Source of the DNA: Bdellovibrionales bacterium
GTDB lineage: Bacteria > Myxococcota > XYA12-FULL-58-9 > SYDY01
Assembly: GCA_005801425.1 (NCBI GenBank)
Contig: SYDY01000115.1
Coordinates: 7,019-71,018, forward strand
Direction: 5' to 3'
DNA length: 64,000 nt
The notes under the pieces were generated by a model, which saw nothing but the letters and a program-made list of their open reading frames with translations, made no database searches and had not been told where the DNA came from. A program made the position numbers and the translations under genes. Numbering within the stretch: position 1 is the stretch's first letter; each line of letters opens with the position of its first letter. Below, one piece after another: positions 44,281 to 54,142 of this stretch.

Positions 44281-45645
44281 ATGAATAACCAACTGGCGGA
44301 GAATCAGCCGACTGCTTCCCGCCGGTTGGCACACAAGCTGCTCCTTCGCGTTTTTGAAGTCGACGCGTTTCTTGATCATCTCATCGATGCTGCCTTTGCC
44401 AGAAGCGATTTTACACAACGCGATCGCGGTCTTGTCAGCGAGCTCTGCTATGGCGTCACACGCTACGCACTGTATCTCGATAGTCGTATTCAAAAGTATC
44501 TCAAGCAACCCATCAGCGACATGTTGCCACCTGCACGCATGGCTTTGCGTATGGGAGCCTATCAACTCCTGTTCATGCGAGTCCCTGCCCATAGCGCTGT
44601 CAACGAATCCGTGAACCTTATCAGGCAAACGCAACTGCGCGGCATGATCAACGCTGTCCTGCGAAAGCTGGCCGCCGAAACAGAACCCATGCCCGACAAT
44701 GCCGACGTTCTTACCCTGCCATCGTGGATCACAGGCTTCGTGAAGTCGCTGCGTGGCACCGAAGGACTTGCTCTGTGGGCCAAGGCCATCAATCAACCTG
44801 CGCCTGTATCCATTCGTTGCAGACCCAATCGAAGCCCGCGCCATACCGTCGCACAAGACCTCTCACAGGAGGCACGCTCGATTACCGAACGTTTAGATAT
44901 CCCTGAGATCCTTGAAGCACCTGGGCTCCAGTCTCCGATCACACACCCCAGTTACCAGAATGGGACATGGACACTGCAAGACGGGGCCGCAAGCTTGGTA
45001 AGCATGCTCTTGGATCCACAACCCCATGAGCGGATCCTCGATTTGTGCGAAGCAGCTGGAGGAAATACATGTCATTTTCTCGATCTTGCAGGACCGACTG
45101 CATCTGTCGTTGCAGTCGATCAACATCCTTCGCGCTCTGCACTGATTCAAAACAATGCAAAACGCCTTGGGCTTGAGAAACAGCTTCAAATCGTCATCGC
45201 AGATGCAACCGATGAAGATGCCCTGCGTCAGCAGATCGATGGCCCATTTGATCGCGTTCTTTTGGATGCTCCATGTTCAGGACTTGGGACCTTACGGCGA
45301 CATCCTGAGATCCGGCATCGAAAGAGCCCAACCCCTGATGCAGCGTTGCTCGCCGTACAGCAGAAATTACTCCATGTCGCCGCAACCTTTGTAAAACCAG
45401 GCGGCACGCTGGTTTATTCGGTGTGTACAGTGACTTACGAAGAAGGCCCGGGGCAAATCAAACGCTTTTTAACCACGCATCCAGAATTCTCCATAAAATC
45501 AATACAAGAACCACTTATTCCGTTTTCTGAACCACTTCTCAATGGGCGTGCCATTCGTACATGGACCGATCTCCATGGCGTCGATGGCTTCTTTGCTGTC
45601 TCTATGACGCACACCCTTGTTGCGTCGAAGTCCGTGGTTGATTAG
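44281..45645 (+). CDS. rsmB: 16S rRNA (cytosine-C5)-methyltransferase RsmB/Sun
   Basis: N-terminal NusB-like domain plus a SAM-dependent methyltransferase with catalytic Cys motifs ('DAPCSGLGTLRRHPE', 'VYSVCT'). Confidence 0.85.
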   Translation: MNNQLAENQPTASRRLAHKLLLRVFEVDAFLDHLIDAAFARSDFTQRDRGLVSELCYGVTRYALYLDSRIQKYLKQPISDMLPPARMALRMGAYQLLFMRVPAHSAVNESVNLIRQTQLRGMINAVLRKLAAETEPMPDNADVLTLPSWITGFVKSLRGTEGLALWAKAINQPAPVSIRCRPNRSPRHTVAQDLSQEARSITERLDIPEILEAPGLQSPITHPSYQNGTWTLQDGAASLVSMLLDPQPHERILDLCEAAGGNTCHFLDLAGPTASVVAVDQHPSRSALIQNNAKRLGLEKQLQIVIADATDEDALRQQIDGPFDRVLLDAPCSGLGTLRRHPEIRHRKSPTPDAALLAVQQKLLHVAATFVKPGGTLVYSVCTVTYEEGPGQIKRFLTTHPEFSIKSIQEPLIPFSEPLLNGRAIRTWTDLHGVDGFFAVSMTHTLVASKSVVD

Positions 45646-45654
45646 GAAATAAGG

Positions 45655-46983
45655 ATGAGCGATCCAAAATCACCATGCGGTCGCTGGACACCCCTGATCG
45701 CTCCAGGCCTTATGTTACTTACCCTACTTTTCCCATGCACCGGATGGGCCGACGACGATCCTGTCGCTTTGATTATCGCTGGAGAAACCCATACCCAGCG
45801 CTCTCCCCATACCGACGTCGTCACGATACTCCCTTTATTGCAACAAGGACACGTACAAGAAGCAATCCCCATCACTGGGGCCGGCGACTCCAGCCAATGC
45901 GACACCTCCGAAATAGCCCAAACTGCAGTCGCACAAGAAGCACATTTGACGGCACTTCCTGCACTCAATCGGTTGCTTGCAGATCTCATCGAACGTGATC
46001 CCACATCGGACGTGCCTTTGGCGTCGCATCCCTTGGTTGATTCATACATCGAATATTTTACAGGACGTGGACGCTGGATCTTTGGCAACTGGCTCGCACG
46101 CGCAGGGCAATACATACCACGCATGCGCGAAATTTTTCGCGACGAACAACTGCCTGAAGACTTGATCTATGTTGCCATGATCGAAAGTGGATTTGTTTCG
46201 AAAGCATTATCGCCCGTGGGTGCATCCGGTTTTTGGCAGTTTATGCACAAAACTGCACGTGCCTATGGACTGCGTATCGATCATTGGGTCGATGAACGTC
46301 GTGATTTTGAATATGCGACCAGGGCCGCTGCCAAAGAACTCAAAACACTGTATCGACGATTCGGCGACTGGCATCTTGCACTCGCAAGCTACAACGCAGG
46401 GCAAGGACGCATCAGCCGTGCCATGAATACCCATGGTATTGAAAATTACTGGGGTCTCGTTGCGCACCCTGTGGCCGTATCTGAAGAAACACGCCACTAC
46501 GTGCCCAAATTTATTGCAGCAGTTTTGATTGCCAAACAACCTGAACGCTATGGCTTTGGGGAGTTGGTATGTACACAACCTTTCACCTATAGCACCGTGG
46601 CCGTACGACAAGCCGTGAGTCTTGAATCCTTGGCACGACGCTTTAACTTTGATCTTGCACAGCTCAGACTTCTTAACCCAGCGCTTACGCGCGATATCAC
46701 ACCGCCCGATGGTACATTTGAATTGCGGATCCCAAGCAATAATACCGAAGAAATAAAACAATGGGTCGAAAATCAGCCTCCATCTAAAATAAAGCAAAGC
46801 AAACAAACAACGCGGATTGCACGCAATAAAAGTTACAAAGTTCGCTCTGGCGATACATTGACCGCTATTGCGCGTAAATTCAGCATCACGGTCAAAGATC
46901 TTCAAAAATTAAATGCGCTATCTAGCGCGCGTAACTTGCGCGCCGGACAACGCATTATGGTACCAAGTGCAAACAAGGGCTGA
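45655..46983 (+). CDS. Membrane-bound lytic murein transglycosylase D-like (SLT domain plus LysM)
   Basis: Signal peptide. The SLT catalytic region is 'YVAMIESGFVSKALSPVGASGFWQFM', with a C-terminal LysM ('YKVRSGDTLTAIARKF'). Confidence 0.85.
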   Translation: MSDPKSPCGRWTPLIAPGLMLLTLLFPCTGWADDDPVALIIAGETHTQRSPHTDVVTILPLLQQGHVQEAIPITGAGDSSQCDTSEIAQTAVAQEAHLTALPALNRLLADLIERDPTSDVPLASHPLVDSYIEYFTGRGRWIFGNWLARAGQYIPRMREIFRDEQLPEDLIYVAMIESGFVSKALSPVGASGFWQFMHKTARAYGLRIDHWVDERRDFEYATRAAAKELKTLYRRFGDWHLALASYNAGQGRISRAMNTHGIENYWGLVAHPVAVSEETRHYVPKFIAAVLIAKQPERYGFGELVCTQPFTYSTVAVRQAVSLESLARRFNFDLAQLRLLNPALTRDITPPDGTFELRIPSNNTEEIKQWVENQPPSKIKQSKQTTRIARNKSYKVRSGDTLTAIARKFSITVKDLQKLNALSSARNLRAGQRIMVPSANKG

Positions 46984-46987
46984 CCCT

Positions 46988-47707
46988 ATGCACAAACAAT
47001 TAAGCACGCTGATTATCTCATTGCTATTCGCATCATGTGGCGGATCATCCCAAGATGCACTTTCATATCGCGTCGCCTGCATGTCAGAATCGGCATGTGC
47101 CCATGGGTCGAGTTGTCTTGATGGCATCTGTGTTGAGCATGGAACGCGCACCCTCTCCTATGCATGCACCAACGACTTGCAGTGTGCGGAAGGACTCCAC
47201 TGTGCCAATGGCACATGTGAACCAGGATGCGGAAAACCATACAGCGTACGTGGCTGCCCTCAGGGAAACTGGTGCACACTCACAGAAAGTCGTACGGACA
47301 CAGCGTGTGTCCCAAGTTCATGCGATGAATCTAACACACCCTGCAGCCAAGAACTTCAATGCGTATCGCTGGCTGACAACACCGGAACTTGTGTACACTA
47401 TTGCGATATCATTTTTATGGGTGACCAAGCCCATGACCCCTGCCCTGAAGTTCTACCCAACACTGCATGCGGCATACTCAAGAATCACAGCCGACTCATG
47501 TGCCTTGCTCAATCCAGCACTGCACGACCTTTGATGCGTGATGAACCTGGGTGCTCAACCTCTGTACCCTGTGAAAACGGATTGGTCTGTGTAGATAATA
47601 TCTGCCGAAAATGGTGCGATCCGAACAAACAAACAACCTGCCCATCAACTCACACGTGCGTGAATGATTGGGGCGGGCATAACCTCAACATTTGTTTGCC
47701 GCGATGA
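46988..47707 (+). CDS. Cys-rich secreted lipoprotein sharing 'CxxxxDCxxGxxC' modules with the giant repeat protein
   Basis: Lipobox 'LFASCGGS' and 30 Cys in 240 aa. Repeated 'AC..E.aCAhGssC.dG.C' modules resemble the N- and C-terminal modules of the 24418..28281 protein. Confidence 0.6.
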   Translation: MHKQLSTLIISLLFASCGGSSQDALSYRVACMSESACAHGSSCLDGICVEHGTRTLSYACTNDLQCAEGLHCANGTCEPGCGKPYSVRGCPQGNWCTLTESRTDTACVPSSCDESNTPCSQELQCVSLADNTGTCVHYCDIIFMGDQAHDPCPEVLPNTACGILKNHSRLMCLAQSSTARPLMRDEPGCSTSVPCENGLVCVDNICRKWCDPNKQTTCPSTHTCVNDWGGHNLNICLPR

Positions 47708-48925
47708 CGATTCTTCCAACAGTGTTCGATACATCGACTCAAATGCATCAATTTGTTTTTCAAGCGAAAAATTTTCTTTGACACGGGTTTGTCCATTGCC
47801 ACCCATGCGCTCTCGCGTGTGAGGCTCGCAGATCAATGTTTCGACCGCATCGGCTATCGCTTTGGCTGATCGCCTAGGCACCACATATCCCGTTTCATTG
47901 TGTGCAACATTTTCAGGCAAGCCTGCTGCATCACTGCATACCACAGGAAGCCCTGATGCTTGTGCTTCTAGAACCGCATTACAAAATCCTTCGCTGACCG
48001 ATGCCATGATAAAGATATCAGTTTCGAACAAATATTTTTTCACCTCAACTTTATTTTTTGAACCACACAATATCACACAATCATGAACGTCGTAAAAATC
48101 AATGACCCATTTTAAATATTCGCGATAACTTCCCTCACCGATCACCTGATACATAACCTTGAAACCACGATTTTTTAACAATGCAACGGCTTCGATGGCG
48201 TATTCAATTCCTTTTTTCCAATCAAGCCGTGCAACTGTTGTGAGTTGAATCACTTCGTTTTTATGAATCTTGAATGGTGCCTCGTACTCCGAAAAATTAA
48301 TACCCGGTGGGATCTGAAATACGGCTGCATCCAAAGGCAATCCGCGCTTATCAGCGCGTCGTTTTAAATCGGCCCCAAGTACATGAAAAGCATCCGCATA
48401 TTCCCATACTTGATTGTAAAAATGGGGATCATCAAGACCAACATATTCAATATCGTAACCGCGAAAACTTACGGCGTTTTTCCAAGAGGTGTCTCTCAAT
48501 GATGTGATATTCTCTTGCGCCAACGTTCCAAACTCAAAATGAACAAGTGCAGGTCCAAGAGATGCCATGGCATGACGTCGCCACGTCTGCCAAACATAGC
48601 GGCGTATATTCTGGCTGAACCGTAGGGGCGTACCCTGCTGCGCCCATGCCGCCAAACAGGAGACAAAAAGATTTATTAATATCTTAGGCTTCCACATCCA
48701 CAGCCCACGCCATGTAAACGGGTTCCAAACATGAATGCGATGTTTTGTGCCTATTAAAGTGTTTGGGTAATATGAGTGGGCCAACGATTTTTTATATTGA
48801 TTGCACACCATATGCACATCAAAACCACGCTGCAAAAGTCCTACAAATTTATTGATAATAAATGTTTCTGAAATGGTCGGAAATCGGCCGACCATCAGCA
48901 CGATACGTGCATGTTCACGCCACAT
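47645..48925 (-). CDS. Glycosyltransferase family 4 (GT-B)
   Basis: C-terminal Glycos_transf_1 motif 'EGFCNAVLEAQASGLPVV'. Confidence 0.85.
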   Translation of the reverse strand: MWREHARIVLMVGRFPTISETFIINKFVGLLQRGFDVHMVCNQYKKSLAHSYYPNTLIGTKHRIHVWNPFTWRGLWMWKPKILINLFVSCLAAWAQQGTPLRFSQNIRRYVWQTWRRHAMASLGPALVHFEFGTLAQENITSLRDTSWKNAVSFRGYDIEYVGLDDPHFYNQVWEYADAFHVLGADLKRRADKRGLPLDAAVFQIPPGINFSEYEAPFKIHKNEVIQLTTVARLDWKKGIEYAIEAVALLKNRGFKVMYQVIGEGSYREYLKWVIDFYDVHDCVILCGSKNKVEVKKYLFETDIFIMASVSEGFCNAVLEAQASGLPVVCSDAAGLPENVAHNETGYVVPRRSAKAIADAVETLICEPHTRERMGGNGQTRVKENFSLEKQIDAFESMYRTLLEESSSRQTNVEVMPAPIIHARVS

Positions 48926-50114
48926 TTTTTATCACACCTTGATAAAATTCTATCCATGAACGCGTACTCTTTTCGATAGTAAATCGGCGTAAAAAGGTAA
49001 GACGTCCATGGTATGCCATGGATTTTGCATGCAGTGGGTTCTGGATCATGTGCATCATCGCATCTGCAATCGCCTGTGCGCTGTGACGCGGAACGAGAAG
49101 TCCATTGTAGCCCGAAACAATCACTTCATTCATGCCACCGCAATCTGTACTGATCACAGCGACCCCAAGAGCCATCGCCTCCAACACAACATTGGCAACA
49201 CCTTCATGAATACTCGTCAAAATCAAACATCCCGAAGAAGCGATGTGCTCCATCGTTTTCGATGAATTCAACGCACCATGAAATCGAACAGCATTTTGAA
49301 TATTAAGGTCCATGGCAGCATATCGTAAACGTGCCATGTCAGTGCCATCACCAACAAGATCGAGTGTGCAATCATACCCTAAATCTCGAACAATTTTTAA
49401 TGCTTGAAGACCTAGTTCATGATCTTTGATCGCCGTAAGCCGACCTACGATACAAAATGAAAGTACATTTGAAATAATTGGCATTTTGTGTGGATCGGGA
49501 ACCCCTGAATAAATCGTAGTGACATCAGAATTTTTCTTCTCACGAATTTCTCGTGCCGTACGTGCAAAATTTTCGCATACGGCATGGATACCTGCAGGGC
49601 GCTTTAGTGTAGAAATAAACGAAGCATTGTTTTCTTGCGCATCTCTTCCATTCACAAATTGTGTCCCACGACAACTCACGACCAATCGCGCATCGATACA
49701 ATATTTAAGTGAGGTGAAACATTCCATCAAGCTTAACCATTCAATATGAATAATATCTTCCTTGCACAAAAAGAGACGCATATGCGCAAGAAATCCCCGC
49801 AAATCCCAGGAGAAAGGCCTCATCAATACATGACCCACAAATCGTCCAACACGTATTGGATGAAGACATGCAATCCACAGTGCTTGAATACAATATCCAA
49901 CAACCATCCAATGAGGAACCGATGAACTCATTACATCGCGCTTCCAAAGAACACCTTCATAAGCTGGAGGATGCGTTGTAGGAGCATAGCCTGCAATGAG
50001 CGTCACTTTGAACCCTCGTGCGGCCAGCGCACGATACCGTCGCAATAAAAAACTCTCCGGAGGATACTGCACACCCAATACAAGCAGTGATTTCATCGCT
50101 GGTACGTTAAGCAT
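48915..50114 (-). CDS. Glycosyltransferase family 4 (GT-B)
   Basis: 'EGVANVVLEAMALGVAVISTDCGG' GT1-domain motif. It overlaps the neighbouring GT4 gene. Confidence 0.85.
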   Translation of the reverse strand: MLNVPAMKSLLVLGVQYPPESFLLRRYRALAARGFKVTLIAGYAPTTHPPAYEGVLWKRDVMSSSVPHWMVVGYCIQALWIACLHPIRVGRFVGHVLMRPFSWDLRGFLAHMRLFLCKEDIIHIEWLSLMECFTSLKYCIDARLVVSCRGTQFVNGRDAQENNASFISTLKRPAGIHAVCENFARTAREIREKKNSDVTTIYSGVPDPHKMPIISNVLSFCIVGRLTAIKDHELGLQALKIVRDLGYDCTLDLVGDGTDMARLRYAAMDLNIQNAVRFHGALNSSKTMEHIASSGCLILTSIHEGVANVVLEAMALGVAVISTDCGGMNEVIVSGYNGLLVPRHSAQAIADAMMHMIQNPLHAKSMAYHGRLTFLRRFTIEKSTRSWIEFYQGVIKNVA

Positions 50115-50121
50115 ACTCTAC

Positions 50122-52410
50122 TCACTTTCCTGAGCCCCAACGTTCATCTATCTTTTTTTCTAAAAATTCCGTCATTTGATCATGGTGCCCCATCCAACGC
50201 AAATGTTCACGTAATAGGCCATTCGCTTCTTCCCTGGAATTTGACCAATTCAGCGCATCACGATAGAATTTTTTCGCGCGAATACTGTCTTTTAAAACTG
50301 AAGCAATGTGACCTTCTGAAGCATAGGCATAAAATCGCTCAGAGGGCTCAATCGCATTTTTAAGAAATTGATCGGCAATGCGTCGCGCTTCAACTATATC
50401 GTGATCGTAATCATACGCAAAACGAATGGCTTCAATATAAAATTGCCCAGCAGGTCGAGCCCATGCGATTGCACGGAGTAATGCTTCGCGATATATAGAT
50501 TCGGGTACTTTTGAATCGCGCAATATGCCAAGAAATTGACTATGCAAGTTTGCCTTTTCAGGCTGACGGCGGATCCAGTCATCCAAAATGATACGCGCTT
50601 GAACAGGATGGCTTCTGCGGAGTGCTTCAAGCAAAAAATCAGGATACATGGTGTGGGAGCAGATGCTCTCTGCCTCTAACCAGGAGAATTGATTCAACTC
50701 TTTCGGGTCCTCCAATAAATCGACCACGCGCTTGCATACGGGCTGATCTGTGTGCCAAGGCGATCCTATTGGTGATACCCTTGGATCAATAGCACTCAAA
50801 AAACGTTTCCCAGTTTCCCAATCAGATGGTTTCAAACGTACAAAATTCAAATATTCCGAAAGAGCAAGACGACGATGGCCCTGCTTGGCTTCAATATAAC
50901 CCGCCAAAAGGTGCGCATATGCGAAGGATGGTGCAGCATCCAGTACCACGTTAAGCTCTTGCTTCGCCGTATGCCATCGTCCGTCTATCACAAGCGATCT
51001 CGCGTACGATGTTCGTAAAACCGGTGATTCGGGATGCCACCACAGTGATTTTTGATAGAATTTTTCGTGATTAACCACCCCAAGCAATACCCCCAAATGC
51101 ACTGCAAGTACCGTAATTATTCCTACCAACTTACGACGATGAAACGGAAATACTTCATTAAAGCGCTTGCCCACGACACCACAGTGCGCCTCGATTAAAA
51201 GAAGCCAAGGAATCAAAATTCCCAACGTCCTCAGTGGGAAATCCATCATACCATGAAGGATCGGATGTGAAATCGCTGCCATGATTGGCCACCGATATGC
51301 GTGATGCAAGCAGCGCCTGTAACCCTTCATCCATGCCATTGTAATGAGCGCTAGAAAAATACAGCCTCCGATAATTCCCCAATCGATGATAAAATTAAGA
51401 GCTTCGCTCTCGAGCGCAAAAGCTTCTCCCCAATCGCGTTGGGTGACCTGCCATGCACTGATCGAAAAACCATCCGTTCCCACACCGGTCCAAGGATAAC
51501 GCGCTATGGAGGAAATTCCATCAAGAACAAATCGGATCTTTCGCAAAGGCCGAACATACCAATCCAGATCCGTCGCATTGTATGGAATGACAAAAGGAAG
51601 AAGAATCAACGCAAATGCAGCAAGAACTATTGTCGCGCAAAGCCCAAAGCCCAAGGAATACCTTCCTGCGGGTGATCCCATCAAACTTGTTGCAGTCAAA
51701 AGGCATATGAATGCAATCTGACCGCCCATAGAACCCGTAAGAAAAATGGGACATGCGATTAAAACAAGAACGACAAGCCACAAAACACGTTTCGCAAACG
51801 TTGCATGCGTGTCCCTAAAAAACAAACTCAACCCACAAAAAAATCCAACTGCCAATGCCGAGCATTCATGATTGCTATTGATAAATGGCCCTCGAAAATA
51901 ACTACTCGGCATAAAAGGCCCGAAAATTCCATAAATTTTTACCAAATGCATATGCCGATGAAAAAAGCCCACTGCAGAAGTAAGACAACCAACACCGAAA
52001 GCAATCCAGCAGGCCGCCCTGCGCATACGATCGCGTGGAATAATGTGTGAAAACAACAAAATAACCCATGCTGCTGCAAGCCATCGCAAACACCCCGCAA
52101 GAGTCCGTGTAAGACTAAGCGACAAAATGGACCATCCGCTGTTCGGCGGCCACGCTGTATCCGCAGAGATAGGCCGCAGCATTGCAACAAAACCGATGGG
52201 CAAAGGAATTAATTGCAACAACGAAAAAAAAACCGCCATCATGGCTATCCAAAAGCCATAACCATGTTCCGTTTTTAGGTCCTTCCCTAAATAGATCAAG
52301 TACCCCGCCAAACCGATGACTGACATATGAACAACGCTGTGGGCACCTCCTAAAGCAAGGCATGTCCCAAAAACGATACCATATAAAATGAGAGTTCTAT
52401 GTGATGACAA
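50122..52410 (-). CDS. O-antigen ligase/Wzy-like polytopic membrane protein with C-terminal TPR domain
   Basis: About 12 TM helices with a large Wzy_C-like periplasmic loop, followed by about 300 aa of TPR-like repeats. Confidence 0.7.
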   Translation of the reverse strand: MSSHRTLILYGIVFGTCLALGGAHSVVHMSVIGLAGYLIYLGKDLKTEHGYGFWIAMMAVFFSLLQLIPLPIGFVAMLRPISADTAWPPNSGWSILSLSLTRTLAGCLRWLAAAWVILLFSHIIPRDRMRRAACWIAFGVGCLTSAVGFFHRHMHLVKIYGIFGPFMPSSYFRGPFINSNHECSALAVGFFCGLSLFFRDTHATFAKRVLWLVVLVLIACPIFLTGSMGGQIAFICLLTATSLMGSPAGRYSLGFGLCATIVLAAFALILLPFVIPYNATDLDWYVRPLRKIRFVLDGISSIARYPWTGVGTDGFSISAWQVTQRDWGEAFALESEALNFIIDWGIIGGCIFLALITMAWMKGYRRCLHHAYRWPIMAAISHPILHGMMDFPLRTLGILIPWLLLIEAHCGVVGKRFNEVFPFHRRKLVGIITVLAVHLGVLLGVVNHEKFYQKSLWWHPESPVLRTSYARSLVIDGRWHTAKQELNVVLDAAPSFAYAHLLAGYIEAKQGHRRLALSEYLNFVRLKPSDWETGKRFLSAIDPRVSPIGSPWHTDQPVCKRVVDLLEDPKELNQFSWLEAESICSHTMYPDFLLEALRRSHPVQARIILDDWIRRQPEKANLHSQFLGILRDSKVPESIYREALLRAIAWARPAGQFYIEAIRFAYDYDHDIVEARRIADQFLKNAIEPSERFYAYASEGHIASVLKDSIRAKKFYRDALNWSNSREEANGLLREHLRWMGHHDQMTEFLEKKIDERWGSGK

Positions 52411-52462
52411 AATTATTCCTCAAAGTGATTAAAACCTAACGCAACCGTCGGGAAATTTCACA

Positions 52463-54142
52463 TTGCTCGCATTGAGTGCACATTTTGTGTTCAGAAAAGA
52501 CATGGATCTTCGTCTTGGATTGATCGCCTGCACAGACGGCACACGCATCATAAACCCAACATGGTCGCAAGAGAGTATTCAGCAGCTTAAAAATCCCACT
52601 ATTCCAGAAATCAATATCGCAATTGAAAAGCTCATAAGAAGCGGTCACGCTTGGATTTTCTTTTGGGATAACACCACATGTGAATTGCCTGAAAAAAGTG
52701 CAATCATCGACATGATCAACAACACACGCGCGGATGTTCTTCACAATACACCGCACGCCTACTCTCATCAACTGCGTCAATTGTTGATTTCCATCGATCC
52801 ATTGCATCTTTTTTACAGCCATGTTGACGACGCGATAAAAACTATTTCTTGGGAATCCACTTTTGGCCTAATGCTTATTCGCGCGTCACTATTTCACGAT
52901 GTTGGAACATTTCTTCCACATTTTTCTTCACGTGCCGCCTCAACACTCGCCTGGGGGCGACAAGCTTCACGCCAAGGCGCGATCATGGAAGAGGAACCCA
53001 AGCTACCGAAGCCCACACTTAACAAAGAGCTCACATACAGAGATATATTTAGTATTATTAAATATATATCCGGCCTAAAATGGATGATTTGGGCCGCAGT
53101 ATACGCTTGCTTGCGTCATCCCATCCACATCTTCAAAATCGTATTTAGCCTCAGGGATATTCATCAGGAGATCCCAATTTCTTTTCATCGAGATCACCCA
53201 TTACAAAGCACAAACAAAAATCAAGATACGATCGAAAATATGGGTATTTCAGTCGTGATACCCTCTTTGCATAGATACAAAAATTTAGAAACAACGCTCA
53301 TATGCATTGCGAATCAAACAGTGAAGGCGATTGAAATTATTATTGTAGACCAGGAAAGTGACCATGCTAAAGTCCGAGATATTTTAAACAAGTTTTCAAA
53401 CCTCCCACTCCGTATCATTTCCCTCGCAGATCCTGGCCAATGCAGATCACGCAATGCAGGAATAGTCTCTTCAACACAGCAATTCATTATGCTCATGGAC
53501 GATGACATTGAGGTTCCTGATAATCTTTTTGAAAATTTATCAAGGCGCCTGAAAGAAACCTCTGCTGATGCTGTCTGTGGAATCCATCACGAAATAACAG
53601 CAGCTCCGTCCGGAAATCTTAGGGGCCAAATATTAGCATCCGACGTCATGCCAGGCGGTAACGTTCTGATACGCAGAAGCATCCTTGAAAAATCTGGTCT
53701 TTTTGACTTAGCGTATGATCGATTATCTCGCGCAGATGCCGATCTCGCTTTTCGGATCCGTCAGCAAGGCGGATTAATTATTGTTGACCGAAATATAGCA
53801 ATAATTCATCACCATGAAAGCCATGGAGGCCTACGTATTTTTGGAGCGCGCAATGTCACCAATGCCATATCACGAAGATCATATTTCAAAAGAAACTTAC
53901 TTAGCCCTTCTGAGATTTATTTGGCTAAACGATTTTTTTTACAAAATGCTTCAAGATGCCTAATCATACAACGACTTCTTGCGACCTTGTATGTAACCAA
54001 CCATCCTCATCCACTCCTACGCTGCCTTGCGGGTATTATATCTCTTCCTTTCTCAATTATTGCGACATGGCATACATGGTGGCTTGGGAAAAAACTCCTA
54101 AGCACCTATCCTAAGATCCCAATGCTTTCGAACCGGGCATAG
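52463..54142 (+). CDS. Glycosyltransferase family 2 with uncharacterized N-terminal domain
   Basis: The C-terminal half, 'VVIPSLHRYKNLETTLICIANQT...IIVDQES...MLMDDDIEV', matches the GT-A/GT2 fold with a DxD motif. Confidence 0.75.
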   Translation: MLALSAHFVFRKDMDLRLGLIACTDGTRIINPTWSQESIQQLKNPTIPEINIAIEKLIRSGHAWIFFWDNTTCELPEKSAIIDMINNTRADVLHNTPHAYSHQLRQLLISIDPLHLFYSHVDDAIKTISWESTFGLMLIRASLFHDVGTFLPHFSSRAASTLAWGRQASRQGAIMEEEPKLPKPTLNKELTYRDIFSIIKYISGLKWMIWAAVYACLRHPIHIFKIVFSLRDIHQEIPISFHRDHPLQSTNKNQDTIENMGISVVIPSLHRYKNLETTLICIANQTVKAIEIIIVDQESDHAKVRDILNKFSNLPLRIISLADPGQCRSRNAGIVSSTQQFIMLMDDDIEVPDNLFENLSRRLKETSADAVCGIHHEITAAPSGNLRGQILASDVMPGGNVLIRRSILEKSGLFDLAYDRLSRADADLAFRIRQQGGLIIVDRNIAIIHHHESHGGLRIFGARNVTNAISRRSYFKRNLLSPSEIYLAKRFFLQNASRCLIIQRLLATLYVTNHPHPLLRCLAGIISLPFSIIATWHTWWLGKKLLSTYPKIPMLSNRA

